Part shown: piece by piece, positions 17,721 through 27,224 of the stretch
Numbering within the stretch: position 1 is the first letter of the stretch
Layout of the letters: each line of letters begins with the position of its first letter
Assembly (NCBI GenBank): GCA_963846505.1
Contig: CAWJWD010000006.1
Location: 408,606 to 472,605, forward strand
DNA from: an uncultured Thermoleophilaceae bacterium
GTDB taxonomy: Bacteria > Actinomycetota > Thermoleophilia > Solirubrobacterales > Thermoleophilaceae
Direction: 5' to 3'
Length of the DNA: 64,000 nt
Position numbers and translations under genes: made by a program
Notes under the pieces: model-generated
The model's input: the letters and a program-made list of their open reading frames with translations, nothing else
Told to the model about the DNA's origin: nothing
The model's database searches: none

Positions 17721-19403
17721 CTACTGGTCCTGCTTCAGGCACCAGTCCGAGTAGTCGTTGTAGTAGACCGGGTGGAAGCGCGAGCAGTTCTCGAAGTCCA
17801 TCCGCTCCGAGAGGAACGTCGGCAGCTTGATGAAGCCGAACGGCACGATCCAGGCGCGCTCGACGAGCTTCTCGTTGACGTCGCCCCACTGCGCGGCGAC
17901 CCCGGGCGTGAGCTTGGACTCGCGGCTGAGCCTGGCGATGTCGCGGTTGATGTCCGGATCGTCGACGTTGCCGTAGTTCTGGTTGTTGGTCGGCTGGATC
18001 ACCGAACCTTGGAAGTGGAACAGGAAGTTCTTCGGGTGCGGGAAGTCCTGGAACCAGTTCGCGAAGCCGGTCTGGGCCTCGGTCTTGGCGTTCCCGATGA
18101 CCTGGAAGTAGACGGCGCCGTCGACGATCTTCGCCTTGGCGTCGAGGCCGATCTTGCGCAGCATGTCGGCGTAGGCCTCGGTGACCTGCGGCGTCGGCCC
18201 GTCGCCGTTGCCCCAGACGCTGACCTTGGCGCCCTTGGCGCCGGCCTCGTCGATGAGCTTGCGGGCCTTGGCGAGATCCGGCGCCTCGCGCGGGTCGCCC
18301 CAAGGACAGTCCTCGTGGTCGAACGCCTCGTCGTAGCCCGGCATCGTCGGCGGCAGGTACGAGCAGCCCGGCGCGAGGTCGCCGCCGTAGAGGCGGGCGA
18401 TCGCCGTCTTGTCGACGCCGTAGTTGACGGCCTCGCGCACCTTCGGATCGTCGAACGGCGGCACGCGGCTGTTGAGGAAGAAGTAGTACGTCGAGGTGGT
18501 GACCGTCGTGCGGTAGCGGTCCGAGTAGCGCTCCTCGACCTCGGGGCGGACGTCCGGCGGCAGCGGGTCCTGCATGTAGTCGAGGTCGCCGCGGATGACG
18601 TCCTGGGCCTGGCGCGTGGTGCTCTTGACGATCTTCGTCGTGATCGTGTCGAGGTTGCCGGCCGGGACGCCCGGGAGGTCGAAGCCCTTGACCTTCTGCA
18701 GCACGAACTCGCGATTGGGCACGGACTTCGTGAACTTGTACGGCCCGACGCCCGGCGGCGGATCCGCGCTCATGTTCTTGAACGGCGTGTCGCCCGGCAC
18801 GGGTGCGGAGAAGGGCATCGCCAGCACGTTCGAGAACGTGCCGTCCGGCTCGATCAGGCGGATCGTGATCTCGCCCGTCTCGTCGTCGGTCTCGATGCCG
18901 GAGATGTCCGCCTTCGGATCGCCGTTCTCGAGGAACTCGGTCGCGCCCTCGATGATCTCGTAGAAGGCGGAACCGCCGGACTCGAGGTTGAGCACGCGCT
19001 TGATCGAGTGCTCGACGTCGGACGCCTTCACCGGGCGACCGTCGGAGTACTTCAGGCCCTTGCGCAGCGTCAGCCTGTACGTCTTGCCGTCCTCGGAGAT
19101 CTCGGGCAGCGACGTGGCGAGGCCGGGGATCAGCTCGGTTCCCTCGTCGCCCTCGACGCGCTTGTAGGTCACCGGCGGCGTGTAGACGAGCCAGAGCGCC
19201 TCCCAGGCGTTCTGGGTGTAGCTGAGCGCCGGGTCGAGGGCGTCCGGCTGCGACGTCTGCGCGATCGTGACCGAGCCGCCGCTGGCGGCCGCACCGCCAG
19301 CCGTCGAATCGTCATCGCTGCCGCAGGCGGCGAGCCCGATGCATGCCGCAAGGGCAAGCGCCGCGACGCTGCGCCGGTATCGACCTGGTGCTGTCATGTC
19401 CAC
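17721..19403 (-). CDS. ABC transporter substrate-binding lipoprotein, family 5 (peptide/nickel type)
   Basis: Lipobox ALALAACIGLAAC-G and a typical family-5 body (TLRKGLKYSDGRPVKASDVEHSIKR...). GTG start. No permease or ATPase genes lie adjacent. Confidence 0.9.
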   Translation of the reverse strand: MDMTAPGRYRRSVAALALAACIGLAACGSDDDSTAGGAAASGGSVTIAQTSQPDALDPALSYTQNAWEALWLVYTPPVTYKRVEGDEGTELIPGLATSLPEISEDGKTYRLTLRKGLKYSDGRPVKASDVEHSIKRVLNLESGGSAFYEIIEGATEFLENGDPKADISGIETDDETGEITIRLIEPDGTFSNVLAMPFSAPVPGDTPFKNMSADPPPGVGPYKFTKSVPNREFVLQKVKGFDLPGVPAGNLDTITTKIVKSTTRQAQDVIRGDLDYMQDPLPPDVRPEVEERYSDRYRTTVTTSTYYFFLNSRVPPFDDPKVREAVNYGVDKTAIARLYGGDLAPGCSYLPPTMPGYDEAFDHEDCPWGDPREAPDLAKARKLIDEAGAKGAKVSVWGNGDGPTPQVTEAYADMLRKIGLDAKAKIVDGAVYFQVIGNAKTEAQTGFANWFQDFPHPKNFLFHFQGSVIQPTNNQNYGNVDDPDINRDIARLSRESKLTPGVAAQWGDVNEKLVERAWIVPFGFIKLPTFLSERMDFENCSRFHPVYYNDYSDWCLKQDQ

Positions 19404-19445
19404 GCTCCTCTATCGGCCTTCGGACGTCGTTCTGGAGTCCTGCCG

Positions 19446-19469
19446 AAAAACCACCGTACTCCTACGTGG
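19446..19469 (-). terminator. weak hairpin plus T5 run downstream of the small ORF
   Basis: The minus strand reads CCACG-TAGGAGTA-CGGTGG followed by TTTTT. The stem is short and bulged. This is the only T5 run in the spacer. Confidence 0.2.
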
Positions 19470-19513
19470 ACAAATGCTCGCGCAGCGTTCGGACGCCACG
19501 GCCTACCGAATAC

Positions 19514-19678
19514 TCAGAGCAACCAGACGATCAGCAGGATCAGCAGCGCGATCCCGAGCCCCACGCCCGCGATGCTGAGCGGGACCTTGCCTCGCCAGAA
19601 GTCCGGATCGGCGCGGTCGGCCGTGTAGCGGCCCTCGGGCGGCTCGCCGACCCAGTCGTCGTCGTCGCGCGCGTCCAT
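19514..19678 (-). CDS. possible 54-aa single-pass membrane protein (below the ORF-track size cut-off)
   Basis: ATG 19678 to TGA 19514, translating to MDARDDDDWVGEPPEGRYTADRADPDFWRGKVPLSIAGVGLGIALLILLIVWLL. It has an acidic N-terminus, one C-terminal TM helix and G/C-rich third codon positions. Confidence 0.35.
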   Translation of the reverse strand: MDARDDDDWVGEPPEGRYTADRADPDFWRGKVPLSIAGVGLGIALLILLIVWLL

Positions 19679-19691
19679 GACCTGACGGTAG

Positions 19692-20927
19692 CTAGTCTCG
19701 CCGGCACTGGGGGCTCTCGACCAGCGTCCGTAGCTCGCGATAGGCGACGCGACCGGCGTCGACCTGGCGCCGGGCCGCTCCGATCAACGCGTCCCGCGAC
19801 GTCGGCGCTTCATCCCAGAGGCGCTGCACGGCCGCAGCCATGCGAGCAGGCGCGTCGGAGCCTGCCAGCGAGATGACGTCGCACCCGGTGCCGAACTGCT
19901 GGCGCAGGCCCTCGAACTTCGCCTCGTAGTAGTCGGAGGCCGTCAGACAGACGACCGGGATTCCCAGCGCGAGCGCGAACACGGCGGCGTGGTAGGTCCC
20001 CGTCACCAGCACGCGCGCGGCGGCGATGCGCTCGATCGCTGCGGCTGCATCTGCCGGGATCGCGGCCGGCGTCTCGCAGAGCCGCGAGAGAACGTCCGCG
20101 TCGGGCTCGGCGGGATGCGAGGAGAGCGCGAGCGGCGCGAGCGGCGCATCGAGGCGATCGGCCGTCTCGCGCAGCGCCAGGACCACCCGCTCGGCATCTG
20201 ACGCGCCGACGCCAGCGTAGTCGGCGACGCGCAGGCTGACTGCGAGCTCCGTGCCCGACGGCGCGGAAGGGCGCTCCGCCAGCGCCAGCTCGATCGCGTC
20301 GTCGCCGGTCACGTGAACGCGTGCGGCCGGCACGCCGAGCCGCTCCAGCAGCGGGGGGCCAACCAGGTCTTCGCGTAGGGCGATCGCACCGACGCGTGAC
20401 AGGACGTCGGCGGCACGGCGCCTGAGCTCCGGCCCGAGGGGACCGATGCCCTGGCCGAGCATGGCGCTTGGGATGCCGGCGGCGTCGGCCATCCTCAGCT
20501 CCTCGAGCATCGCGACGGCCTCGTCGGCAAACGCGTCGGTCAGGGCGCCGCGGCCGCTGAGGACGAACAGGTCCGCACTCAGCAGCTCACGCACGAACGC
20601 AGCCGGATCGCCGCTCTCGCCCCGGCGGCGACGAGCCTCCATGCCAAGCGCGCGACGGGCTGCCGCGGTGGGCAAGCGGCGCGCCAGCCTGCGCTCCGGG
20701 GTGGGCGTCGCGGTCGCCCGCGGCTGGCGCAGCCAGGCGTAGCGGCCCTGGGCGTCGACTGGCTCGGCGCCGGGACACGAGCGCTCGAGCAGATCCGGCG
20801 CAGCGGTGATCACCGCGATGCGCGCGTGCGGCCACTGCTCGCGTAGGCGCGCGACGCAGACCTGCAGCATCGCGACGTCGCCGACGTTCAGCAGGTGGTG
20901 GCTGCCGGGGTCGATCAGGATCCTCAC
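19692..20927 (-). CDS. polysaccharide pyruvyl transferase family protein
   Basis: RILIDPGSHHLLNVGDVAMLQV... is the N-terminal motif of PS_pyruv_trans proteins. GTG 20927 forms a GTGA overlap with the upstream stop, so it is preferred over the track start 20978. Confidence 0.85.
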   Translation of the reverse strand: MRILIDPGSHHLLNVGDVAMLQVCVARLREQWPHARIAVITAAPDLLERSCPGAEPVDAQGRYAWLRQPRATATPTPERRLARRLPTAAARRALGMEARRRRGESGDPAAFVRELLSADLFVLSGRGALTDAFADEAVAMLEELRMADAAGIPSAMLGQGIGPLGPELRRRAADVLSRVGAIALREDLVGPPLLERLGVPAARVHVTGDDAIELALAERPSAPSGTELAVSLRVADYAGVGASDAERVVLALRETADRLDAPLAPLALSSHPAEPDADVLSRLCETPAAIPADAAAAIERIAAARVLVTGTYHAAVFALALGIPVVCLTASDYYEAKFEGLRQQFGTGCDVISLAGSDAPARMAAAVQRLWDEAPTSRDALIGAARRQVDAGRVAYRELRTLVESPQCRRD

Positions 20928-21697
20928 AGCCCTGCTCCGTCCATGTAGCCGCGCACGCGGGCGTAGAGGGCGGGCCATGCGCCGGGTGTGCGCGGGTGGC
21001 GCACGGCGAGGTCGAGCAGCGCGGCGATCGCCCCGGCCTCGAGACCGCGCGTGTCGTAGCTCTTGCCGCGTGTCGGCTCGGGCCAGCGGTAGCGCGCGAG
21101 GCGACGATCGACGTAGGCGAAGCGCCAGCCCGCCGCCGCCAGGCGCAGGTAGAGGTTCCAGTCCTCCACGCTCTTGAGCCAGCCGCTGTAGCCGCCGATC
21201 GCGCGCATCGCGGTCGTCCGCATCGACGCCGTCGGGCAGGGGATCGGATTGGCGTCGAGCAGCTCGGGAAAGCGATCGCGGGGATGGATCGAGGGATCGC
21301 CGATGTAGTCCTCATGCCCCGTCGGATGGCCGAGGATCGTGGTGTTCGCGTAGACGAGACCCACCGCAGGGTCCTCGAACGCCGGCAGCACCGCCTCCAG
21401 GTAATCGGGCTCCCAGAGGTCGTCCGCGTCGAGCTGGCAGACGACCGGGGCGCGGGCAAGCCGCAGCGCCGAGTTGCGCGCCTGTCCGGTACCGCCGTTG
21501 CGGGTGCGGCGCACGATCCGCAGCCGCGGGTCTCGCACGTCGGCGAGCGCGTCGGAGACCGGCAATGGCGAGGCGTCGTCCGCGACGATCACCTCGACCT
21601 GCTCGACCGTCTGGGCCAGAGCCGAGTCGACCGACTCGCGCAGCGTGGCCTCGGCCGCGTAGGCGGGCACCATCACGCTCGCGCGGGGCGCGGTCAC
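20924..21697 (-). CDS. glycosyltransferase family 2
   Basis: SVMVPAYAAEATLRESVDSALAQT ... VIVADDAS ... QLDADD (DxD). 257 aa. GTGA overlap with the upstream gene. Confidence 0.9.
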   Translation of the reverse strand: MTAPRASVMVPAYAAEATLRESVDSALAQTVEQVEVIVADDASPLPVSDALADVRDPRLRIVRRTRNGGTGQARNSALRLARAPVVCQLDADDLWEPDYLEAVLPAFEDPAVGLVYANTTILGHPTGHEDYIGDPSIHPRDRFPELLDANPIPCPTASMRTTAMRAIGGYSGWLKSVEDWNLYLRLAAAGWRFAYVDRRLARYRWPEPTRGKSYDTRGLEAGAIAALLDLAVRHPRTPGAWPALYARVRGYMDGAGL

Positions 21698-22488
21698 GAC
21701 GCGGCCGCCGACTCGCGCCGAAGGTCATGGGCTATGCGCTCGAGTTGCGTCGAGGAGCGAAACCACTCGGCCTTGCGGCGACCCGCCAGCTGGATCCGCC
21801 GGAAGGCATGCGGGCGCCGCAGCGCGTTCTCGGCGGCGATGAAGAGGTCGTCGGGATCGCGCGCCTCGAGATAGTCGACCCCCGGCTCGAGCCCGAGCGC
21901 CGGCGAGAGCGTCTCGCTGACCAGCAGGCAGCCCGACGCCAGCGCCAGCGCCAGCTCATGCGTGACCCAGCCGCGCCCCTGCTCGGGCAGGTTGACGGCG
22001 ACGTCGCCGCCGGTGACGTCGACCAAGTCCATGACGGCACCGGACCGACTCGTAGGGGAGAGCGCGTCCGCCCCCGGCCACGTGGCCGCCCCGGCGTGCC
22101 TGCACAGGAGCTCCTCCCGGCGCGCGCCTCCCGGCCCGATCCAGCGCACGCCGCGGGTCGGCGGCGGCAACGGCGGCGGCATGAAGCTCGCGTCGGCGAC
22201 GGGCAACGGCAGCGTCCGCCAAGCGCCGGCGGTCTGCGGATCGGTCGCGATCAGCCGATCGCAGGCGCGCAGCGCGACGGACGGCTGCTCGCCCGCGTCG
22301 AGCCAGACGACCGTTGGCGGAGCGTCCGCCTCGGGCGCGCTGGCGGGGACGCCGAGCGCGATCGCCAGCTCCGTGTCGTCAGACGGCGGCTGGCCGCTCG
22401 GGACGAGCTCGACCGTGTCCAGCTCGGGCGCGCAGGCGAGCAGGCGCTCGACGTCGCCGGTCAGTGCGATGCGGACAGTGGCAGCCAT
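21694..22488 (-). CDS. CgeB/Glyco_trans_1_2-like protein (GT1-type C-terminal domain only)
   Basis: The C-terminal half (HELALALASGCLLVSETLSPALGLEPGVDYLEARDPDDLFIAAENAL) resembles the GT-B C-terminal lobe. The N-terminal half has no motif I recognise. Confidence 0.65.
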   Translation of the reverse strand: MAATVRIALTGDVERLLACAPELDTVELVPSGQPPSDDTELAIALGVPASAPEADAPPTVVWLDAGEQPSVALRACDRLIATDPQTAGAWRTLPLPVADASFMPPPLPPPTRGVRWIGPGGARREELLCRHAGAATWPGADALSPTSRSGAVMDLVDVTGGDVAVNLPEQGRGWVTHELALALASGCLLVSETLSPALGLEPGVDYLEARDPDDLFIAAENALRRPHAFRRIQLAGRRKAEWFRSSTQLERIAHDLRRESAAAS

Positions 22489-22538
22489 CGAGGCGTCGAT
22501 CCTATGCAGCCGAGTCCCGCTAGCCTGCGCGCGCGGCC

Positions 22539-23777
22539 ATGGCCCTCCGAATCTGCTTCGTCCTCAGCCGGCTCGGCCCCTCGGGCGGCGAGCGCGTGGC
22601 GCTCGACCATGCCCGGCTGCTGGCGCGCGAGCACGGTCACCAGGTGACGATCGCGATCGTCGAGCAGTCGCCGCCGGCCGGCCGCGACGGCCAGCTCGAG
22701 CTGGCCGCGCTCGCCGACCTGCGCGAGCGCGAGTTCGACCTGGCGCTGGCCACCTGGTGGCGCACCGCGCTGTCGCTGTTCGAGCTGCGCGCACGACGCC
22801 GGGCGTACTTCACCCAGAACCTCGAGGAGCGCCTCTACCGCCCCGGCGACGTCGAGCGCGTCGGCGCGCTCGCGACCCAGTCGCTGCCGTTGGCGATCGT
22901 CACCGAGGCCGCCTGGCTGGCCGAGCTGCTGCAGGAGCTCCAGCCCCGGCGCGTCCCACGGCACGTCGCCAACGGGATCGACAAGCGGTTGTTCGCAATC
23001 CCCGAGCACCCGCCGCAACACGACGGCCCGTTGCGGATCCTGATCGAGGGCAGCTCGGCGCTCTGGTTCAAGGGCGTCGGCGACGCGCTCGACGCCGTCG
23101 CCGCCATGCGTCGACCGCGGCACGTCACGTTCGTCGGTCCCGACCCGCCGGACGACCCCAGGGGTCTGATCGACCGCACGCTCGGCCCCCAGCCCTACGA
23201 CGCCATGCCGACCGTCTACGACGACGCCGACGTGCTGCTCAAGCTCTCGCGCGTGGAGGGCGTGTTCACGCCGCCGCTCGAGGGCTTCCACCGCGGCGCC
23301 ACCTGCGTCGTGACCCCGGTCACCGGGCACGACGAGTACGTCGCCCACGGCGTCAACGGGCTCGTCGCCGACTGGGACGATCCGCACGGCACCGCACGCC
23401 GGCTCGACCTGCTCGCCGCCGACCGCACGCTGCTCCACGAGCTGCGCACCGGCGCGCTGACCACCGCCCGCGGCTGGCCCTCGAGCGAACGGGCCACGGC
23501 GGCGATGGACGCGGCGCTGCGGGCGATCGCAGCCGAGCCGCCGCCGCCCACCGACGCGGCCGCGGCCCAGCTGCTGGCCGACGTCGAGGTGGCGATGGAG
23601 GAGCAGCGCCTGGCGCAGCTGCGCCTGCGGCGCCGCGCAGAGTCGGCCGAGTGGCTGCTGGACGGCGAGCGCGACCACGCCGCGACGCTGCAGGATCGGA
23701 TCTGGGAGCTCGAGGGCAAGCTCTCGCGCGGACCGCTGGGGCAGCTGCGGCGACTGAAGGCGCTGCTGCGCCGGTGA
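22539..23777 (+). CDS. glycosyltransferase family 4 (GT-B) with a C-terminal coiled-coil tail
   Basis: MALRICFVLSRLGPSGGERVALDHARLLAREHGH... at the N-terminus. The last roughly 70 aa are heptad-like and charged (LLADVEVAMEEQRLAQLRLRRRAESAEWLLDGERDHAATLQDRIWELEGKLS). Confidence 0.88.
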   Translation: MALRICFVLSRLGPSGGERVALDHARLLAREHGHQVTIAIVEQSPPAGRDGQLELAALADLREREFDLALATWWRTALSLFELRARRRAYFTQNLEERLYRPGDVERVGALATQSLPLAIVTEAAWLAELLQELQPRRVPRHVANGIDKRLFAIPEHPPQHDGPLRILIEGSSALWFKGVGDALDAVAAMRRPRHVTFVGPDPPDDPRGLIDRTLGPQPYDAMPTVYDDADVLLKLSRVEGVFTPPLEGFHRGATCVVTPVTGHDEYVAHGVNGLVADWDDPHGTARRLDLLAADRTLLHELRTGALTTARGWPSSERATAAMDAALRAIAAEPPPPTDAAAAQLLADVEVAMEEQRLAQLRLRRRAESAEWLLDGERDHAATLQDRIWELEGKLSRGPLGQLRRLKALLRR

Positions 23778-23814
23778 GGAGTCGCCCCCCGATCCTCTAG
23801 CGTTCCCGCGGCCG

Positions 23815-25080
23815 ATGAGCAGCGACACCGGATCCCGCCTGCAGGAGCGGCGCGCCGCGCTTGCGCAGGCGCCCGCGGCAGTCGTCGTCGACCACGTCTC
23901 GAAGACGTTCCGGATCCCGCATCAGCAGTACCACACGCTCAAGGAGCGGATGCTGCACCCGGGCCGCTCGCGCACCTTCGAGGAGTTCCATGCGCTGCGG
24001 GACGTCGAGGTGAGCGTCAAGGAGGGCGAGTTCTTCGGCATCGTCGGGCGCAACGGCTCGGGCAAGAGCACGCTGCTCAAGTGCCTGGCCGGCATCTACC
24101 GTCCCGACGCAGGCCGCGTCGAGGTGCACGGACGGCTGTCGCCGTTCATCGAGCTCGGCGTCGGCTTCAACCCCGATCTCGCCGCGCGCGACAACGTCGT
24201 CATCAACGCGGTGATGATGGGCCTCTCGCGGGCCGAGGCGCGCAGGCGCTTCGACGAGATCATCGCCTTCGCCGAGCTGGAGGAGTTCGTCGACCTCAAG
24301 CTCAAGAACTACTCCTCCGGCATGGCCGTGCGACTCGGCTTCGCGGTCTCGACCCAGGTCGACGCCGAGGTGCTGCTCGTCGACGAGGTGCTGGCCGTCG
24401 GCGACGCCTCGTTCCAGCAGAAGTGCTTCGACGTCTTTCGCCGCCTCAAGGCCGAGGGCAAGACGATCCTGCTCGTGACCCATGACATGGGGCTGGTCGA
24501 GCAGTTCGCCGACCGGGCGATGCTGATCGAGCGCGGCGAGGTGCTGAAGGTCGGCGATCCGCACGAGATCGGGCGCATGTACAACCAGGTCAACTTCGGC
24601 GAGCTGATCCACGACAAGCCCGCCGAGGAGCGCGAGCCGACCCAGCGCGCCGCCCAGATCACCGCCTGCTGGTTCGAGGTAGACGGCGAGCGGGTGACCG
24701 ACCTGCCCCAGGGCGAGCTGCTCGAGATCGTCGCCGAGGTCCGCTTCGAGGCGACGGTCGAGGATCCGGTGTTCGGACTCTCGCTGCGCAACGACGCCGG
24801 CCACACGGTCTTCGCCACCTCGACCCAGTGGGACACGCCCGAGACCGGTCGCTTCGAGGCCGGCGACACGGCGATCGCGCGCGTCAAGGTGCCGGCCTGG
24901 TTCGCGCCCAGCCGCTATCGGGCGACGCCGTCGCTGGCGCGACCCGGCGGGGGCGCGGCGACGCTCGACGTGCGCGAGGACCTGGCCTCCTTCATCCTCC
25001 ACTCCACGCGCGCGTCCGGTGGCGTGATCGACCCGCCGCACACGGTGGAGCTGGAGCGCGTGCGGGAGGCCGCGCGATGA
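23815..25080 (+). CDS. wzt: polysaccharide ABC exporter ATP-binding protein Wzt with a C-terminal beta-sandwich (Wzt_C-like) domain
   Basis: GIVGRNGSGKSTLLK (Walker A), YSSGMAVRLGFA (signature) and LLVDEVLAVGD (Walker B). About 170 extra C-terminal residues follow (ITACWFEVDGERVTDLPQGELLEIVAEVRFEATVEDPVFGLSLRNDAGHTVF...). Confidence 0.93.
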   Translation: MSSDTGSRLQERRAALAQAPAAVVVDHVSKTFRIPHQQYHTLKERMLHPGRSRTFEEFHALRDVEVSVKEGEFFGIVGRNGSGKSTLLKCLAGIYRPDAGRVEVHGRLSPFIELGVGFNPDLAARDNVVINAVMMGLSRAEARRRFDEIIAFAELEEFVDLKLKNYSSGMAVRLGFAVSTQVDAEVLLVDEVLAVGDASFQQKCFDVFRRLKAEGKTILLVTHDMGLVEQFADRAMLIERGEVLKVGDPHEIGRMYNQVNFGELIHDKPAEEREPTQRAAQITACWFEVDGERVTDLPQGELLEIVAEVRFEATVEDPVFGLSLRNDAGHTVFATSTQWDTPETGRFEAGDTAIARVKVPAWFAPSRYRATPSLARPGGGAATLDVREDLASFILHSTRASGGVIDPPHTVELERVREAAR

Positions 25081-25907
25081 ACGCGGCCGCGGGCGACGTG
25101 CGCGCCGGCATGGTCGTCGGAGACTTCTCGCGCTTCGCCGCCCTGACCTGGACGCTGGCGGTCACCGACTGGAAGCTGCGCTTCTACGGCTCGGTGCTCG
25201 GCTACCTCTGGCAGCTGGTGCGGCCGTTCGCGTTCTTCGGCGTGATCTACGTCGTCTTCACCCAGATCGTCGGGCTCGGCGACGACGTGCCCAACTACGG
25301 CGTCTACATCCTGTTCGCGCTGGTGCTGTTCAACTTCTTCAGCGAGGTCACCAACGGCTGCGTGACGTCGCTGATGACGCGCGAGAACCTGCTGCGCAAG
25401 ATCTCCTTCCCGCGCCTGGCGATCCCGATGGCGGTCACGCTCGCCGGCCTGTTCAACCTCGTCGGGACGCTCGTGGCGGTGTTCATCTTCGCCGTCGGCA
25501 ACGGCATCTACCCGACCTGGAGCTGGCTCGAGCTGATCGTGCTGGTGCTGCTGCTGGCGATGCTCGCGAGCGGCGTCGGGATGCTGCTGAGCGTGCTCTA
25601 CGTGCGCTATCGCGACGTGCAGCCGATCTGGGAGGTGCTGACGCAGATCCTCTTCTACGCCTCCCCGATCCTCTACGTCAGCTCGCTCGTCGACGAGTGC
25701 TGTCAGCACCCGTACGTGGCGAATCCGATCGCGGCGATCCTGACCCAGATGCGCAACGCGGTGATCGACCCGACCGCACCGACGGTCTCGGCCGCGATCG
25801 GGGGCAGCGTGCGGCTGCTGATCCCGCTTGCGATCATCGTCGGCCTGTTCGGACTCGGGCTCTGGGTCTTCAACCGCGAGGCGCCGAAGATCGCCGAGCA
25901 CCTGTAG
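25077..25907 (+). CDS. wzm: ABC-2 type polysaccharide exporter permease Wzm
   Basis: ATG 25077 forms an ATGA overlap with the wzt stop. 276 aa with 6 TM helices and an ABC-2 pattern (FYGSVLGYLWQLVRPFAFFGVIYVVF...). Confidence 0.9.
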   Translation: MNAAAGDVRAGMVVGDFSRFAALTWTLAVTDWKLRFYGSVLGYLWQLVRPFAFFGVIYVVFTQIVGLGDDVPNYGVYILFALVLFNFFSEVTNGCVTSLMTRENLLRKISFPRLAIPMAVTLAGLFNLVGTLVAVFIFAVGNGIYPTWSWLELIVLVLLLAMLASGVGMLLSVLYVRYRDVQPIWEVLTQILFYASPILYVSSLVDECCQHPYVANPIAAILTQMRNAVIDPTAPTVSAAIGGSVRLLIPLAIIVGLFGLGLWVFNREAPKIAEHL

Positions 25908-25918
25908 CGTCGGCCCTC

Positions 25919-27211
25919 ATGGCGACCGATCCGAGCACCGAATCCCCCGAGCTCGAGCAGCTGCGCGAGCGCCTCGACGAGCTCGAGCGCGAGGCGGCCG
26001 AGCGCACGGCGCGCGCCAACCTGGCGCTGGCGGAGGCCCAGGACCGCTCCTACTGGCTCGATCGCTGGCACCTCGACCTCAACGCGCTCATGCGCCGGCC
26101 CGGTGCCAGCGAGCTGCGCGCGGCGCTGCGGGCTGCGCGCTCGGTCTACCGCTCGCTCTACGACGCACGCAGCCGCCTGCGCGACCACAAGAACTCGGTG
26201 CCGCTGCGCGTCTCGGCCGCCAAGCAGGCGCTCGAGGAGGAGCGCTCGCTGGCCGAGGAGCCCGGCGTCGAGGCCGAGCGCTACGGGCGCACGCTGTCGC
26301 CCGACCGGCTGCAGGCCGCACCGATCAGCGAGCTGCTCTACGCCCGGCTGGACGAGCGCGACGTCGCGGCCGTGGAGGAGCGGCTGAGCGCGTCCGAAGC
26401 GGCACTCTGGGAGACCGCCGGCGCACGCGATCGCACGCGCTACGCGCTCGCCTTCGCCGTCCACCACGGGCTCGAGGGTGCGCTCGAGCGCACCGGGCTG
26501 CGCGCCGCGATGCCGCCGGCCGGCGTGCACGCGATGGCGCACGGACCCCAGGCCGCGGGCGGCTCGTACTACTACGCGGACCTCGTCGCCGACGCGCTGC
26601 GCGAGAGCGGCGCCGAGCTCGCCCCCGGCCAGCGCGTGCTCGACTTCGGCTGCTCGTCCGGTCGCGTGGTGCGCGTGCTGGCGGCCGCGCTGCCGGAGCT
26701 CGAGTGGCACGGCTGCGACCCGATCCCCGACGCGATCGAGTGGGCGCGCGCCAACCTGCCGGGAATCGCCTTCGAGCGCAGTCCCGAGTACCCGCCGCTG
26801 CCGTACGAGGAGGCGAGCTTCGACGCGGTCTACGCGATCTCGATCTGGAGCCACTTCGCCGAGGGCGCGGCGCTCGACTGGCTGGCCGAGATGCGCCGCA
26901 TCGTCAAGCCAGGCGGTCGGCTGGCGCTCAGCACGCACGGCGAGCAGACGGTCACCCACACCCATCGTGCTGGGCTGCGCTCGGCCGAGCAGCTCGAATC
27001 GGTGCGGGCAGCGCTGTTCGAGCGAGGCTTCTGGTATGCGGCGGAGTTCGGCGAGCAGGGCGACCACGGGGTCGCCAACCCCGACTGGGGCACGGCGTTC
27101 CTGTCGGCGGAGTGGCTGCTCGCGAAGCTGACCCCGGACTGGCGCGTGGTCCTGTTCCACCCCGGGCGGGTGGAGGACAACCAGGACCTGTACGTGCTCG
27201 AGCGCCGGTGA
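25919..27211 (+). CDS. class I SAM-dependent methyltransferase with a long N-terminal coiled-coil region
   Basis: ATG 25919. The N-terminus ELEQLRERLDELEREAAERTARANLALAEAQ... is coiled-coil-like. The C-terminal half carries VLDFGCSSGRV (motif I) and RIVKPGGRLALS. Confidence 0.88.
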   Translation: MATDPSTESPELEQLRERLDELEREAAERTARANLALAEAQDRSYWLDRWHLDLNALMRRPGASELRAALRAARSVYRSLYDARSRLRDHKNSVPLRVSAAKQALEEERSLAEEPGVEAERYGRTLSPDRLQAAPISELLYARLDERDVAAVEERLSASEAALWETAGARDRTRYALAFAVHHGLEGALERTGLRAAMPPAGVHAMAHGPQAAGGSYYYADLVADALRESGAELAPGQRVLDFGCSSGRVVRVLAAALPELEWHGCDPIPDAIEWARANLPGIAFERSPEYPPLPYEEASFDAVYAISIWSHFAEGAALDWLAEMRRIVKPGGRLALSTHGEQTVTHTHRAGLRSAEQLESVRAALFERGFWYAAEFGEQGDHGVANPDWGTAFLSAEWLLAKLTPDWRVVLFHPGRVEDNQDLYVLERR

Positions 27212-27224
27212 GGGCGCGGCGTCC

